59,440 nucleotides of DNA, taken from contig CABQHZ010000001.1 of the NCBI GenBank assembly GCA_902464175.1, positions 1-59,440 on the forward strand. Reading direction: 5' to 3'. Shown here piece after piece: positions 28,014-41,400 of the stretch (positions are counted from its first letter, which is position 1; the number at the start of each line of letters is the position of its first letter). A program made the position numbers and the translations under genes. Source of the stretch: an uncultured Collinsella sp. (GTDB lineage: Bacteria; Actinomycetota; Coriobacteriia; Coriobacteriales; Coriobacteriaceae). Under the pieces are notes generated by a model, which was given only the letters and a program-made list of their open reading frames with translations, had not been told where the DNA came from and made no database searches.

Positions 28014-29372
28014 TTAGCTCCTCGAATGTGCAACAAACTTGCTGTGGAGCAGACCGATCACAAAGGCAACTACGGCGACCGGCGCCCACGCGGCACCGAT
28101 GTCTGCAAGGGGTAGCGCATCAAACGGCAGCCACGTGCCCGCAAAGAACGCATCGCGGACCGAGGTGATCACACTCTGCACAGCAACGACGCCGCCGACC
28201 CAGACCCACACCTGCGGATGAGCGTCGCAAAAGCCGTGCACCAGGCCCATAAGCACCAGCACAATGGCAACGGGGTACAAAGCGTTGAGCATGGGCACCG
28301 AGAACATAAGGATCATGTCGAGACCCACGTTGGAAAGCACGCACGAAAACGCCGCGAACACAAAGGCGAGAACCGCAAAGGGACGGCGCATGGCCTCCTC
28401 GGAGGCCTCCGCTCCCCCTTCGACCACATACGTCTCGCAGAAGTAACGCGAGCAGCAGCTGATGAGGCCGATGCACACGTTCATGCAGGCAAGGAAGAAG
28501 ATGGCGAAGACCACGACCGTGCCGGCAAGCCCAAAATGCATGGAGGCCGAACGGGCGAGGATGGCGGCGCCGTTGGTAGCGTCGGGCATCACGGTGCCGA
28601 GCTGCATACCGGCAAGGCCCAAGCCGCAGTAGATGATGGCCATGAGCACGCCGGCGATCACGCCGGAACGCGAAATCTCAAAGGCCACGCGCTTGTCATC
28701 GGTAACACCCAACTCGTGGATGGTCTCGGCGATGATGATGCCAAAGGCGAGCGACGCGAGCAGGTCCATGGTCTGGTAGCCGGTCAAAAAGCCCTGCACG
28801 GCAGCACCGGCATCATAGGGAGCCTGCGGCGCGGCGGCGGGGCCCAGCGGCGAGACCATGGCGGCACCCACGACCAATACGATGAGGGCAATGAGCGCGG
28901 GGCCCGTAATGCGGCCGAGCACGCGTGTGATGACGCCTGGGCGCAGCGTGAGCGCAAACGCGACGACAAAGAAGCCGATGGCAAACACCAGGCGCGCCGT
29001 GCCGAGCGAGACGCCCTCGGGCAACAGCGGCACCAGCATCTCGAAGGCCGTGGAACTCGTACGCGGAATGGCCAGGCACGGGCCAATGGCCAGATACACC
29101 GCCGCGACAAAGAACTCGCCAAACTTGGGGTGCACGCGGCCGGCAAGCTCACGCGCCGTTCCGGCAAGTGCCACGGCGATAAAGCCCATGACGGGCAGGC
29201 CGATGGCGGCAACGAGAAAGCCAAGCATGGCGACCGGCGTGGCAGAACCTGCCTGCAGCGCCAGCAGCGGCGGAATAATAAGGTTACCGGCACCAAAGAG
29301 CATCGAGAACAGGGCGATGCCGACGGTGACGACATGGTCGGAGCGCAGACCGCGCGGAGCGGATGAAGCCAT
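28014..29372 (-). CDS. brnQ: Branched-chain amino acid transport system II carrier
   Basis: FSMLFGAGNLIIPP, IGPCLAIPRT, GYQTMDLLASLAFG; about 12 TM segments. Confidence 0.93.
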   Translation of the reverse strand: MASSAPRGLRSDHVVTVGIALFSMLFGAGNLIIPPLLALQAGSATPVAMLGFLVAAIGLPVMGFIAVALAGTARELAGRVHPKFGEFFVAAVYLAIGPCLAIPRTSSTAFEMLVPLLPEGVSLGTARLVFAIGFFVVAFALTLRPGVITRVLGRITGPALIALIVLVVGAAMVSPLGPAAAPQAPYDAGAAVQGFLTGYQTMDLLASLAFGIIIAETIHELGVTDDKRVAFEISRSGVIAGVLMAIIYCGLGLAGMQLGTVMPDATNGAAILARSASMHFGLAGTVVVFAIFFLACMNVCIGLISCCSRYFCETYVVEGGAEASEEAMRRPFAVLAFVFAAFSCVLSNVGLDMILMFSVPMLNALYPVAIVLVLMGLVHGFCDAHPQVWVWVGGVVAVQSVITSVRDAFFAGTWLPFDALPLADIGAAWAPVAVVAFVIGLLHSKFVAHSRS

Positions 29373-29395
29373 GGGACCACCTTTCGAGTCAAAAC

Positions 29396-29425
29396 AAAAA
29401 CGGGACGGGCAAAAGACCCGTCCCG
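29396..29425 (-). terminator. Terminator-like hairpin between the giant surface protein gene and brnQ
   Basis: Minus strand CGGGACGGG-TCTTTTG-CCCGTCCCG-TTTTT. Confidence 0.65.
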
Positions 29426-29490
29426 CAAGTATATACGCTTTAGCAGACTAAATCGCGCAAAGCTTCAATCTAGCTGCCCCTTTTGAGCCG

Positions 29491-32400
29491 TTACGCGTCC
29501 GAGCGACGGCGACGCAGCAGCTCGAGCCCCAGCGCGACAAGCACAGCGGCGCCTGCAGCGACGACGACGGCCAATGGCGCACGATCGCCCGTGTCGGCGA
29601 GCTGCTGAGCGCTCGTCTTGGAAGACTCCTTCTTGCCGGAGTTTTCCGTGCCCGATGCCTTTGCCTTATCGACCGCAGAGTTATCCGAACTACCGGGTTT
29701 TGTCGGATCCTTTGAATCCGGCTGGTCGGAATCGGGCGTTCCGGGCTTTTCCGGCTCCGGCTTACTCGGGTTGTCGGGCTCAGGCTTATCCGGGTTATCC
29801 GGGTCCGGCTTGTCCGGCTGATCAGGCTCCGGTTTGTCGGGCTCGGGCTTGCCCGGATCAGGCTGGTCAGGCTCGGGCTTATCCGGGTCCGGCTTGTCCG
29901 GATCGGGTCCATCGGGCTTGTCCGGATCGGGAACCACCGGGTCCGGGTCGACAGGCTCCTGCTTCTTCTTCACCGTCAGCGTACCGGGCTCAACCGTGAC
30001 ATCGAAGTTCGGGTCGGTGACCGTCGCCTCGATCTGGTACTCGCCCGCCGGGGAACTCTCATCGGCGACGCAGGAGTACTCGACTTTCACGCGCGAGGTA
30101 TCGGCCGAGCTCTTTAGGCTCGAGGTAAAGGCGGGATTCATCTCTCCCTCGAAGCGTTCAACATCGTCGACCTTTACCTTGAGCTTCGTCGGCGCAATCT
30201 TGAACTTGCGCGAGGCGGCGCCGACATACCCGTTGCTTCGCAGCGTGGCAACAGCGCGATACGTGCCGGCATCGGTCGGGGCCTCACTCGACGAATAGTG
30301 CGTGCCGCCCGTCCCGTAATACCTGACCCTCAGGTCACCTTCGCAGGCCTTGGGAACCCCCGTGACCTTGGGCGCTTGAGCATCACCGCTATAGACGAAG
30401 TTGCCGCCCTCAAAAGCAAGCTCGACCCGCTTCGTCTGAACGACCAGAACGAAGTGCGCGGTCACGGTCTTACCCTGAGCGTCCTTGCACGTGATGTCAA
30501 AGGTAGACACTCCGGCCTTGGACGGGGTGCCCGAGAGCGTCAGACCGCCCGCCGTGCGGGTGAGCTTAAACCCGTCGGGGAGCTTAGCGTCGTCCCACGT
30601 GTACTCATACGGAGCTTCGCCACCCGCGGCACCAGAAATCGTCGCGCGATACGTGCTATGCGCGCGTGCGACCGGCAGCAGACCGCCGTTGAACACGAGG
30701 GCGTCCCGGGGCACAACGGAAACGACAGCGCGATCGCTTTCCACCTGCGCCTCGGTGCCGAGATAGCGCTGGGTGACGCGGCAGAAATACTCGCCGGCGC
30801 AATCGTCATCAAGGTTCTCAATGAGGAGCGTCTCCCCCGTCTCGCCCTCGAGCGCCACGGCCTCGCCGCCCACCATGTGGAACCACTGATAGGAAAGTTC
30901 GACATCGGCGGCGGAACCCGTGGACGAGGACGCGTGGTCGAGGACGCCCTTGCCCGCCTCGGCAGCGACCGAGAGCACGGCAGCATCGCCCTCGTGGGCG
31001 CTCGCATCCTGCGGCTGGGCGATCATCTTCGGAGCGTCCGCCTTCACGAACTCGAATGTGACCTCCTGCGACGCGGTGACGCCACTCAGCGTGACCTCGT
31101 ACGCTCCACCCTCATAGTCGGAGATATCGAGATCGACGGCCTTGTCCGAGCCGGCTTCCGTGACCGTCACTCGCTCGAGGTAGCAGCCCTCGTCGGGCGT
31201 CGCCGAGAGCGTCACATCTCCGCCCGCATCAACGGTGACGGAAGCGTTGTCAACCGAACCGTTGACCGCCTCTGCCGTCACCTCAAAGCGCTCTGGCTTG
31301 TCCGGGTTATCGGGCTCGGGGTTATCAGGGTCGGGATTATCAGGATCCGGCTTGGGGCCCGGATCAGGCTGATCGGGGTCCGGATTGTCCGGATCCGGAA
31401 CCACCGGGTTGGGATTGACGGGCTCCTGCTTCTTTTTCACCGTCAGCGTTCCGGGCACGACCTCGACATCGAAGTTCGGGTCGGTGACCGTCGCGCCGAT
31501 CTGGTACTCGCCAGCAGGAGAGTCCTCATCGGCATCGCAGGAGTACTCGACCTTCACACCCGAAGTGTCAACCGCACTCTCCAGGCTCGAGGTAAACGCT
31601 GGGTTCGCCTCGCCCTCGAAGCGCTCGGCGTCGTCAATCTTCACCTTGAGCTTTGCCGGAGCGATCTCAAACTGGCAGGCGGCGGCACCGATGTAGCCGT
31701 GGCTGCGCAGCGTGGCGACAGCGCGGTACGTGCCGGCATCGGTCGGGGCCTCCGTCGAGGAATATTGGGTGCTTCCGGTACCGAAGTACCAGACCCTAAG
31801 GTCGCCCTTGCAGACCTTAGGGGCACCGGAAACTTCAGGCGTCTGCGGTGCGCCATTAAAGGTATAGTCGCCATCCGTAAACGTAAGTATTACGTGCTTT
31901 GCCTGGACAACGAGCGCAAAGCGGGCGGTCGTGGCCTCGCCACGAGCATCCGTGCACGTGATATCAAAGGCGGAAACGCCCGTCTTGGACGGGATGCCCG
32001 AGAGCGTCAGACCGCCCGGTATACGGGAAAGCTTGAGCCCGTCGGGGAGCTTCGTCTCATCCCATGCGTACTCGTACGGAGCCATGCCGCCCGCGGCCCC
32101 GGCAATCGTGGCGATGTACGTGCCGTGCGCACTCGCTGCCGGTAGCAGGTCGCCGTTGAACACAAGGGTGTCCCAGGCAACGACGGAGACGGAAGCACAA
32201 TCACTGTCCGCCTGCTTCTCAGCACCAAGGTAGCGTTGAGTGATGCGGCAGTAGTACTCGCCGGCTTTCTCGTCATCGAGATCCGCGAGCGAGAGCGTCT
32301 CCCCCGTCTCGCCATCGAGCGCCACAGCCTTGCCATTCGCCATGCGGAACCACTGGTAGGAAAGCTCAACCTCGGCAGCGCAACCCGTGGACGAGGCCGC

Positions 32401-35400
32401 GTGGTCGGCGACGTTCTTGCCTGCCTCGGCAGCGACCGAGAGCGCGACGGCATCGCCCTCGTGGACGCTCACGTCCTGCGGCTGCGCGACCACACGCGGA
32501 GCGTCCGCCTTCGCAAACTCGAACGTGACCTCCTGCGATGCGGTGACATCGCTCAGCGTGACCTCGTACGCCCCGCCCTTGTAATCAGAAATGTCGAGGT
32601 CAACGGTCGCATCCGAGCCGGCCTGCACGACCGTCACGCGCTCGAGGTAGCAGCCCTCGTCGGGCGTCGCCGAGAGGGTCGCGTCCCCGCCCTCAACAAC
32701 CGAAACCAAAGCATTGTCGACCGAACCGTTGACTGCCTTCGCCGTCACCTTGTAGTGCTCGGGCTTCTTCTTGACCGTCAGCGTGCCGGGGTCGACCGCG
32801 ACATCAAAGTTCGGATCGGCGACCGCCGCGTCGATCTGGTACTCACCCGCCGGCGATTTCTCATTCGCCGAGCAGAAATACGTAACCTTTACGTCCGACG
32901 TGTCGCAACGACTCACCAAGCTGGAGGTAAACTCGGGGTTCTTCTGACCCTCAAAGCGCTCGGCATCGTCGACCTTCACCAGCAACTGGGCAGGTGCAAC
33001 GGAAACCGACAACTCGACGTCCTCGGCGGCAAGATAGTTTCGAGACGCCTTGGCATGGGCGACAACACGTGCCGTACCGGCGGCCTTCACCGTCGCGCAG
33101 CGTCCCTTAATCGAAACCGGGCTCGCATCGTCATCGGAATCAACCAGCTCAAAGCTCACGGGAGTCTGGGCAACGTTGTTAAACACAATAGGGTCGCCAC
33201 CGTAAACACCCGAATAGCTCGTCGTTCCCGTAATGACCTGGCTTGCCTTTGTAATCGAAAACTCGGCGGACTTTTTACCCTGATAGTTGGGATCAGTCAC
33301 TTTAACCGTGACGCGGTAGTTACCACTGTCGCACGGCTCCAGCGCCGTCGGACCATAGGACGTTCCATCTATACCGCGATAGGTAACGGAATAGGCAGAC
33401 GCATCAAGGCCGGCAACCGCAACCACCGCACCGTGTCGTGCGCCATCGTATGTCACATCAGACGTCTCGATCGAAATATCGACCGGGGCCTTCTCGATCG
33501 TGAAGTCACAGGAGGCATTACCGACATATCCCTGGGCATCGAGCGTCGCCACCACACGATACGTGCCGGCATCCACCGGCGCCTGATCCGACGAGTAATG
33601 TGTGTCGCCCGTGCCAACATAGGTCAGTTTGACATCGTCCTCGCAACCCTCGGGCACGCCCAAAAGCTCCGGTGCCTGCGCCGTCGCGTTGTAGGTAAAG
33701 GTCTGGCCCTCAAATGCAAGCGGGGCTTCCTTCGCCTTCACGAGCAGCGCGAAGTGCGCATCGCACTTGTTGCCATGGTCATCGGTGCACCTAATCTTGA
33801 AGCGACGCACGCCCGTAGCCGCAGGCACGCCCGAGAGCACCAAGGCGCCCGATCCGTCATCTGCCAGCGTCAGCTGCATGCCCTCAGGAACCTCAACATC
33901 ATCCAAGTTGTACGCATACGGTGCCTTGCCGCCCGTAGCGCCGGCAATATCTGCACGGTACTCATCGTGCGCGGTCGCCGCCGGCAACACGCGCCCGTTA
34001 AACACGAGCGCCTCGCGAGGCACGATGGACACCGTCGCATGCTCGGTATCCGTCTTTGTCACCGTGCCCAGGTAGCTCTGCGTAATGCGGCAGAAGTACT
34101 CGCCCTCGCTGTCGCTGCCGAGCTGCGCAATCGAGAGGGTCTCCCCGGTCTCGCCCTTCAGCGGCACCGCCTTGCCGCCATCGGCAGGCACGCGATACCA
34201 CTGGTAGCTCAACTTAACGTCGGCGGCAGAACCCGAAGATACGGCGGCATGGACGCGAACATTACGCCCCGCCTCGGCAGCAACAGAAAGCTCAACCGGA
34301 TCGCCCTCGTAAGCACTCGCATCCTGCGGCTGAGCGAGCACCTCCGGAGCCGCAGCCTTCGCGAATTCAAACGTGACCTGTTGCGGAGCACTCACGCCGC
34401 TCAGTGTGACCTCGTACGCCCCGCCCTGGTAGTCGGAAATATCAAGGTCATAGGCGTTGCCGGCCGAACCGTCCTCGCCAGCCTCTTCGGCAACGGTCAC
34501 GCGCGTCAGGTAGCAGCCCTCATCGGGCGTCGCCGAAAGCGTCACCTTGCCGTCCGTAGCGACCGAAGCAGTCTCCGGATCGACCGATCCGTTGACCGCT
34601 CGGGCCGTCACCTTGTACTTGGGCGCCTCCGCAAAGCGTGCCTCGACGGTCATGTTGTCCTCGGGGACAAACGTCCAAACTGCATCCATGCTCAGCGGCT
34701 CATCGCCCAACGACCCGTCATCGTTGCGCGCATACCACCCATCGAACACGTAGCCCGCATCGGGAACGGCAGTCAGCGTCGTCGACTCACCGTTCTCGAC
34801 CTCATTAGTCACGGCATAACCCAGAGATTCGTCCTCGGAGGAACCCTCGACGTGTCCGCCCTGACGCGAATCCACCGCTGTAACCGTCATCGACGCCCGC
34901 TCATAAACGGCCGTAAAAGTACGGTTGCCAAACACTACGCGGTTGATCACCGGCGTAAATCCCACAGGCATGCCGTTCTCGTCGACCCAGTATTTAAACT
35001 TCCAACCCTTATGCGGCACGGTAAACATAATCGCCGCGGAGTGGTAAGAGCCGCCGGTACCAAGCGCAACCATGCTAAAGCCCGCATCCTTGGGATACGT
35101 AGCGACCTGAACATCGCAGCCCGTCTCGTAGAACACGGCCGTAAGCTGCTTATTCTCCTTTGCGGTACCGATATAGAACGCGCTGTAGCTCACCGTGACG
35201 CCCGCATCGTCGACCCAATGCGAGAAGTGGTACTTCTTCCACGGGATCGCGATCGCCATAAACATGTCGCCCCTGTCGTAGGACCTGCTACCGGCAGGAA
35301 TGCCGTCGACCAGAAGGGCCGTACCGCGGAAGATGGACGAGCCGGTGACGGTAATGGTCACCTGTCCATCGGATTCGAACTGCGCGTAGTACGTTATGTC

Positions 35401-38400
35401 CTGCGTGGCGGTCACATCGAGGGTCGTCGCGGTCTCGACAATCGAGGTGCCCTCTTTATCGGTGCTCCAGCCCACAAAGCGATAGCCCATACCGGCAACA
35501 GCGGTCAGTTCCACCTGATCGCCCACGGCAAAGCAACCGCTGCCCGTAACACGGCAGCCCCTGTTCGATGCCTTGTCCTTCGCCACGACCTCGCCCGTAA
35601 CGGTCACCTCGTACGGATCGGCAAACACGGCCTGGAGCTCCAACGCATCGTCCTCGAGCCCCTCGACCATATCCTTGTCGAGCTTAACCCAGCAATGGGC
35701 GTCGCAGCTCAGCAGCGACTTATTGCCCTCGGCATCAAGGACATACCAGCCGACAAAACGTTTGGTTCCCATAGGCGTAGCATTGAGCTCGACCGTATCA
35801 CCGAATTGATAGGAGCCCTCGCCGCTCAGGGTGCCCACGCCATCGTCACTTGCGCTCAAAACGACCTGATAGGACTTAGGCGTAAAGATCGCCGTATAGG
35901 TGGCGTCACCCGTGACCTTAACGGTATAGTCGGCGTTCTCGCTGACTGTCTCGCCCTTGTCGTCCGTCCAACCCGCAAACGAATACCCGGTGTTGGCGAT
36001 CGCGCGAAGCGTCGCACGGTCGCCGACCTCATAGCCACCAAAGCCGTTCACGGCTCCGCCCTCGGCAGGCGAGGCAACGGTATGTACGACATACGAACCC
36101 GACGCAAAGACGGCATAGAGCGACGTGTCCTCACGCACGGTGAATCGATAGGTTTTCTTGGAGCTCACGCACGTGCCATTCTGGAACCAGCCCACAAAAG
36201 CCGTATCCTCGGCGGCAACCGCACGCACGGTTGCGACCTGTCCGGCGGCATACGACCCCGCGCCCTCGACCGTGCCCATGCTCTCCTCGCACGAGACGTC
36301 CACCGCATATTGTTTTGCCGAGAACACGGCCTGGAGCGCCGTGTCAGACGTCGGCGCCACGTGATAGGTGGTGTCGCGGCTTACCACGGCGCCCGAGGCA
36401 TCGGCCCAATACTCAAACGCATAGCCCGAAAGCGCATGCGCGGTCAGCGTGGCGGCATGCCCCGCCTCAACGGTACCTGTGCCCTCGACCCAGCCGACGA
36501 CGCTCGATTCGACCAGCGAACCGGTGCCGGAATCGACTACCGCCGTGGCGTCGACTTCATAGCTTTTTGCCATAAAGCGAGCGACGTGCACATGGCTGCG
36601 CTCCTGGTGGCAGGTGAACTCCGCATCGGCAGACTCAAACGTGCCGTCGGCCGTATACCAACCAGTAAAGACGTAACCGGGATTGGGCGTCGCCTTCAGG
36701 GCAACCTCCGCGCCGCGGTCGGCAAGGATTCGGCTCGCCTTGACGGTGCCGCCCTCCGCAGGATCGGCGAGGGGCACGCAGACGGTATCGATCGGCACAA
36801 AGGCCGCGGTAATGACGCAGTGCCCGGTTTTGCCGCGAGCTTTGGCAACCAACGTGGTCTCGTGCTTAAGGCTCTTCAGGCGCCCGTTGACGTACCAACC
36901 CCAGAACAAATAGCCAGGACGAGCCTTGGCCGTCAGATGAAGGGTCTCCCCCAATTTGAACTTATCGGTCGCAGGCTTCACCACGGTCCCATTGCACGTC
37001 ACGGTACCGCCGAGCCATGAATCGGCCGTGACCATGACCTCGGGCTTTGAGTCGGTAAAGATCGCGGTATAGGTATCGCTCTTGGTGACCTTAACGACTA
37101 GCTCGGCAGATTCGTACTCCTTACCGGAGCCGTCCTTCCAATGGTCAAAACGATAGCCGTCGTTGGCCTTTGCCTTGAGCATCACCGTATCGCCGTATCC
37201 GCAGGTAACAGAAGACGCCCCCGGGTGGCCCTCGATCTCAACCGTACCGCGCTCCACAAAGGTCTTTTTTGCCTTCGCCGTCACGGTATACGTGTTTTCC
37301 TCAAACACCGCGCGCACGGTGCATTCCACGTCCTCGGGATAGAACTCGAGGTAGCTGGGGTCGGTGCCCAAAAGCAGGTCCGTCTTGGCGTCGTACCAGC
37401 CCTTAAAGGTAAATTGTTTGCTCGCCTCGGCCGTGAGCTCAATGCTCAGCGTGGCAGGCTCGCCCTTCATGCAATAGCCCTCGCCGTGCACCATATATTT
37501 GCCCGCCATGGCCGCGGCCGGCTCAACGACAACGTCCACCTTGCAGGCACGCGTAAACTTCGCCTGGACCACGCAGTCGGTAATGGGCTCAAAGGTATAG
37601 GAGCGATCGCTCGAAACCAGCGTCGAGGTGGCATCCGAGCCGCCGTTGCTCAGATACCAGCCGTCAAAGATATAGCCCTCGGATGGGGTGGCCTCCGCGG
37701 TCACGCGCTCGCCTTCGGGAACCTCGAGCACCATGCCAGCAGTCTCGCCGCGCTTCAGCGTAACGGTACCGCCCTCGAGCGGGTCGGCCTCGGCACGCAC
37801 AGTATGCGCATCCCTGCCGTCCATTACAGCCTCGATCCGGGCATTCCCGTTAACGCGATATTCGCAAACTTCCTGCTTGTTGGCAATCGTGATGCCCTGC
37901 GCATCAGTTTCTCGCCACTCTACAAACCGGTACGTCTTCTCCGGATTGTCGGGGCGCACCTTGGGCCGCATCGTAAACGTGAGAATGTCCCCATCCTTCG
38001 CGCGAACCTTGCCATCCACAACCGGCACGCCATCGCACAGCACCTCGGCGCTGTCGAAGGGATCGGTATTCACCAGGATGGTCTTATCCGCCTTGCGGAA
38101 GCGTGCAACCAAATGGCGGTCGACCTCGGCCTTGAAGATATACGTGCGCTCGGGCGAAACCTCGAGGCCGTCCTCAAACCATCCCACAAAGGCATAGTCG
38201 GGACCCTCGCTCGCAGTGACCATAGCCTGATCGCCACGGGTGATGCTCTGCTTTACAGGGCTTGCGGTGCAGCCCGTCGAAAAATCGGCCTGAATGCCAT
38301 CGGCTTCGGCAACCGCCGTAATCTCGACTTTTTTCTCGAAAACGGCCGTCATTTTTACGACCTCGGGCGTCAGGTCCGTGATCGTCATCGTCTTGAGAGG

Positions 38401-41400
38401 AGATGTCGAGACCTCGACACCGTTCTCTTTCCAACATACGAAGCGATAGCCGGGATTTGCGACAGCCTCGAGCGTGGCGACCGTCCCCTCATAGTGGATA
38501 CCGCCTCCGGTAACGACGCCGCCCACCTCGGGCTGCGCGGTGGCAATTATTTCAATCTTATGGTCGCCATGAGGCTTGGGCTTCTTGTGGTCGTCGATGA
38601 TGTCCTTAATCTCCTTGAGCACCTTGGTGCCCACAGCGGCAACATCCTCGATGTTATCGGCCATACCGATCTCAATCACTGCATCGGCCGCGATGGGGTC
38701 GACGATCTCGCCCAAGCCATACATGGTAGCGAGAACGGCCGCAGCCGTAATCGCGGCGATGAGCGCGGCCTTAAGCGCCGCGAGTGACTCGTCGGGGTCA
38801 GTCGCCTCACGGAAATGTGCGGTGTACTGCACATCCCCCTCGAGCACAAACGTGTAGGACGGACCATCGTCGCCGGTAAAGACAACGTTGCCGAGGGCAT
38901 CGGTCGCGTAGTCAAAAACATAGCCAGGCATTGGCACCGCCACGACCGTTACGCGCGACCCGATACCGTACAGACCGGTAGAGAGGAACTGTCCGAGCGG
39001 CTGCCCGTTCTCATCGACCCCGTCCACACTCAGCACAACGCTCGCCTGCGGAGCGCAGTAGCGCGGAGTGATCTCGATCCTAGCGTCAGTCTTGTCCTCG
39101 GACACAATCGCATCTGCCTTGTCCACCGTATAAGTAAAGTCGAGCTGATCGCTCACGGCATACGCATCATCGCCCTCGCCCAGATACCAGCCCAGGAAGA
39201 GAGCGTTATCCGTGGCGGCGGAAAGCTCAACCGTCTCGCCGGCATTGCGATAGCAGTTTTGCGCGGTAACGCTCAGGTGCGCAAAGTCCTGCGACGAGTC
39301 GGTCGCCTGCGCATCGTTGGCATGCACCGCATAGTCCTTGAGCTTAAAGCGAGCCTCCAGGGACAGGTCCTTATCTGGCGTAAACGTGCAAACCGCTTCC
39401 TTGGAGATGTACTTGCCGGACTCGGTGTCATACCAGCCCTTAAACGTGATGTTGTCATTGAGCATCCCCAAAGCACCGGCATCGAGCGTGACCTCGGCGC
39501 CTGCATCGATCGTCATCGTGCCGGAAACATCGGGAAGCTCAACGCCGTCCATCAGCTTGCGTTCGCCTTTATCGATCGTTTGGGCATAGGAGATCTGGAA
39601 CGATGTCGGCGTGGGTTTCTTAAGCTGTAGCGTGCCCTTGGTCTGGGTTTCAAAATGCGAATAGCCGTCGTCATATACAAGCTTTACGGGCTGTCCGTCC
39701 ATCGACTCATCGAAGACGTCACCGTCGCAGGGAGTCGCCGTAAGGTACTCACCCAGTTCTTCCTTTATGAGCGCCTCGTAGTCCCAAATCGATACCGAAT
39801 GCGGGTAATCGAGCTCGACGCTCATGCCCTCGAGCGAAATGGTGTCCCCCGGCTCATAGGTCATGTTGTTGGGGTCGCATGAGATCTCAACGTTCTCGAG
39901 CACCTTGCCCACCGGGACGGGCAGGCAGCCGTTGCACCTCTCCCAAACAGCCTTGGGCTCTCCCTTGCTGTACTTTGGAATCATCTTTGCGGGGACCATG
40001 ACGGTCATGTTGTATTTGGGGAACGTGTCGGTGTTAATGAGCACCGCATGGTTGCACCCAAAGAACACGGTCTCGAGATTGGTACTGCCAAACGCCTTTT
40101 CCGGCAACTCCTCGATCTTGGAGTTATATGGCAGCGTCAGCCCGCCGCTCAAGTCGGTGCCGTAGAAGCAGGTGTGGCCAAGCGTTTCGACCGTTGTGTT
40201 GCTCTCGAGCCCTGTGGTAGCAAGGTTCGAGCAGAACCTGAACGCGCAAACGCCAATCGATGTAATGGAGGCATTCTTGTCCAGGCCGGTATCGGTCAGA
40301 GCCTTGCAGCCTTCGTAGGCTCTGTCGGGAATCGATGTGAGGCCGACAACCTTGTCGAGCCCCGTGGACACCAGCCCACTGCCGGCAAACGCGGCATAGC
40401 CCATCGAGCCAATGGTAGTAGTCTCGCTGATGTTCAGGCTCGCAAGCGACTTGCAGCCATAGAATGCCTCTTTCCCGATGGTGCCGATGGTCATACCGAA
40501 AAGGCTGATATCGGTGAGATTCGGGCAGTTATAGAAGGCGTGCAATCCGATTTTGGAAATGGAAGTGTTCTCAAAGCGCACTGAACGCAGATTGGTAGAG
40601 TCGGCACAGAGCTGTGCGTCGACTTCATCCACCCCGTAATCGACAATCAAATTCGTTACCATTCGACCGTCGACGGAGTTCTCGCGCGGGCTGTTCTCAT
40701 CGATTTCTACTGTAAGATTTCCGTTTGCGTCGCACGGATACAGATAGTAGTTGGGCATGAGCTTGGCATACTCGTAGGCCGCCTGCTGCAGGTTGCCCTT
40801 GCTGTACGCGACAAGGCGCGTGTAGCCATCGTCGTACACGAGCTGTATAGGTTCTCCGTCCATCGACTCGTCGAAGACATCACCATCGCAGGGGGTCGCC
40901 GTAAGGTATTCGCCGAGTTCGTCCTTTATGAGCGCTTCGTAGTCGCTATCCATCGTCGAATGAGGATATTGAAACGTGACGCTCATGCCCTCGAGCGAAA
41001 TGGTGTCACCCTGCTGATAGGCCATCTTGTCGGGATCGCGCGAGATCTTTATCTTTTGGAGTACCTTACCCACGGGGACGGGCAGGCTGCCATTGCAACT
41101 CTCCCAAACCTCTTTGGGGCGACCGCTTGCGTATTGCGAAACCATCTTGGCAGGGACCATGACAGTCATGTTTTGCTTGGGGAACGTGGTGGAATTAATG
41201 AGTACAACATGGTCGCACCCAAGGTACACGGTTTCGAGCTTAGAGCCATAGAACGCACGGCTCGGCAGTTCCTCGATTTTGGAATAAAGGGGCAGCGTCA
41301 GCCCGCCGCTCATATTGGTCCCGGAAAAACAACCTTCGCGGAGCGTCTTGATCGTCGTATTGTTCTCGAGTCCCGTCGTCGCAAGGCGAGAGCAGTTTTT

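Noticed and set aside
29740..31420. Short tandem repeats as a CRISPR array
   Set aside because: They are in-frame Pro/Asp linker repeats with no unique spacers, and there are no cas genes.
32236..37020. 1594-aa plus-strand ORF
   Set aside because: Antisense shadow of the giant surface protein. The same applies to the other long plus-strand ORFs, e.g. 20229..22880, 30298..32145 and 53150..54889.
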